The notes beneath the pieces were generated by a model, which was not told the DNA's origin, did no database searches, and was given only the letters and a program-made list of their open reading frames with translations. DNA of 63,229 nucleotides, the filler included, from Octopus bimaculoides (taxonomy: Eukaryota): NCBI RefSeq assembly GCF_001194135.2. It is 7 parts of 6 records of this genome, joined end to end, with 100 filler letters (N's around TTAATTAATTAA, not from the genome) between each part and the next. Parts side by side here need not be neighbours in the genome. Positions count along the whole stretch, not along the records: positions 61,938 to 63,229 come from NC_068985.1; 6 more parts are not named here. One strand, given 5' to 3'. Positions 62,694 to 63,229 of this stretch are shown here, one piece after another. A program made the position numbers and the translations under genes. Each line of letters starts with the position of its first letter. Position 1 is the first letter of the stretch.

Positions 62694-63229
62694 TTAGTCA
62701 ATTAAAAAAAAAAGATAGAGGTTGAGGGTACACAGAGGGTAGGGCTACTGGACAGCAATGATGAGAGGAAACAGGGCTGTGAGGACAGGATTGGGGAGTG
62801 AGAGGTAAGTATAGTGCATCTATTTAACATCATCATCATTTAACATCTTTTATGTGGCCAAGCACAGGTGAGGTCAGTTTTGGCTTGGTTTTTACAGCTG
62901 GATACCCTTCCAAATGCCAACAACAGAATTTGAACTCAAAATGTAAAGACAAACCAAAATGCCACCAAACATTATGCCTGTTGTGCTAACGATTCTGCCA
63001 GCTCACCACCTTATATATATATATATATATGTATATAATTATTACAAATAAAAGGGTAAAGGAATATTAATTTATTAATAAATTAATAAATAATAATTTT
63101 TACCAAGCACTTTGGTATGCAAACACCATTATCGGTAAAGAATTTATTTAAAAGTTCTTATAAATTTATAAACATAATTATGGGATCAGCAACAGTTGCT
63201 TTACCACATACTGAAGTTCAGAATATATA

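Overview
AT-rich, gapped, repeat-dense eukaryotic DNA, most consistent with an octopus draft assembly (inferred from the tRNA-derived SINE families, microsatellite load and fixed 100-bp gap placeholders). No host gene can be named, and most tracked ORFs are microsatellite, gap or SINE artefacts. DNA transposons: a full-length decayed mariner (29437-30724, DD34D), mariner, piggyBac and hAT MITEs, and two Helitron-like elements. Retroelements: R4/Dong-type fragments tied to (TAA)n arrays, an internally deleted Tx1/L1-type element (ORF1 joined to the ORF2 C-terminus), RTE and CR1 remnants, and at least four SINE families, some nested with clear target-site duplications. Main leads: (1) two unrelated fold-back elements carrying hammerhead ribozyme motifs, one with an apparently intact minimal Penelope-type hammerhead (58969-59335) and one a head-to-head tRNA-headed SINE-like dimer (6276-6717); (2) a CpG-depleted domain at about 6-27 kb that resembles a gene-body methylation footprint and contains a phase-compatible chain of unidentified minus-strand candidate exons. 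All alignments, translations and counts were done by eye; no database searches were run.
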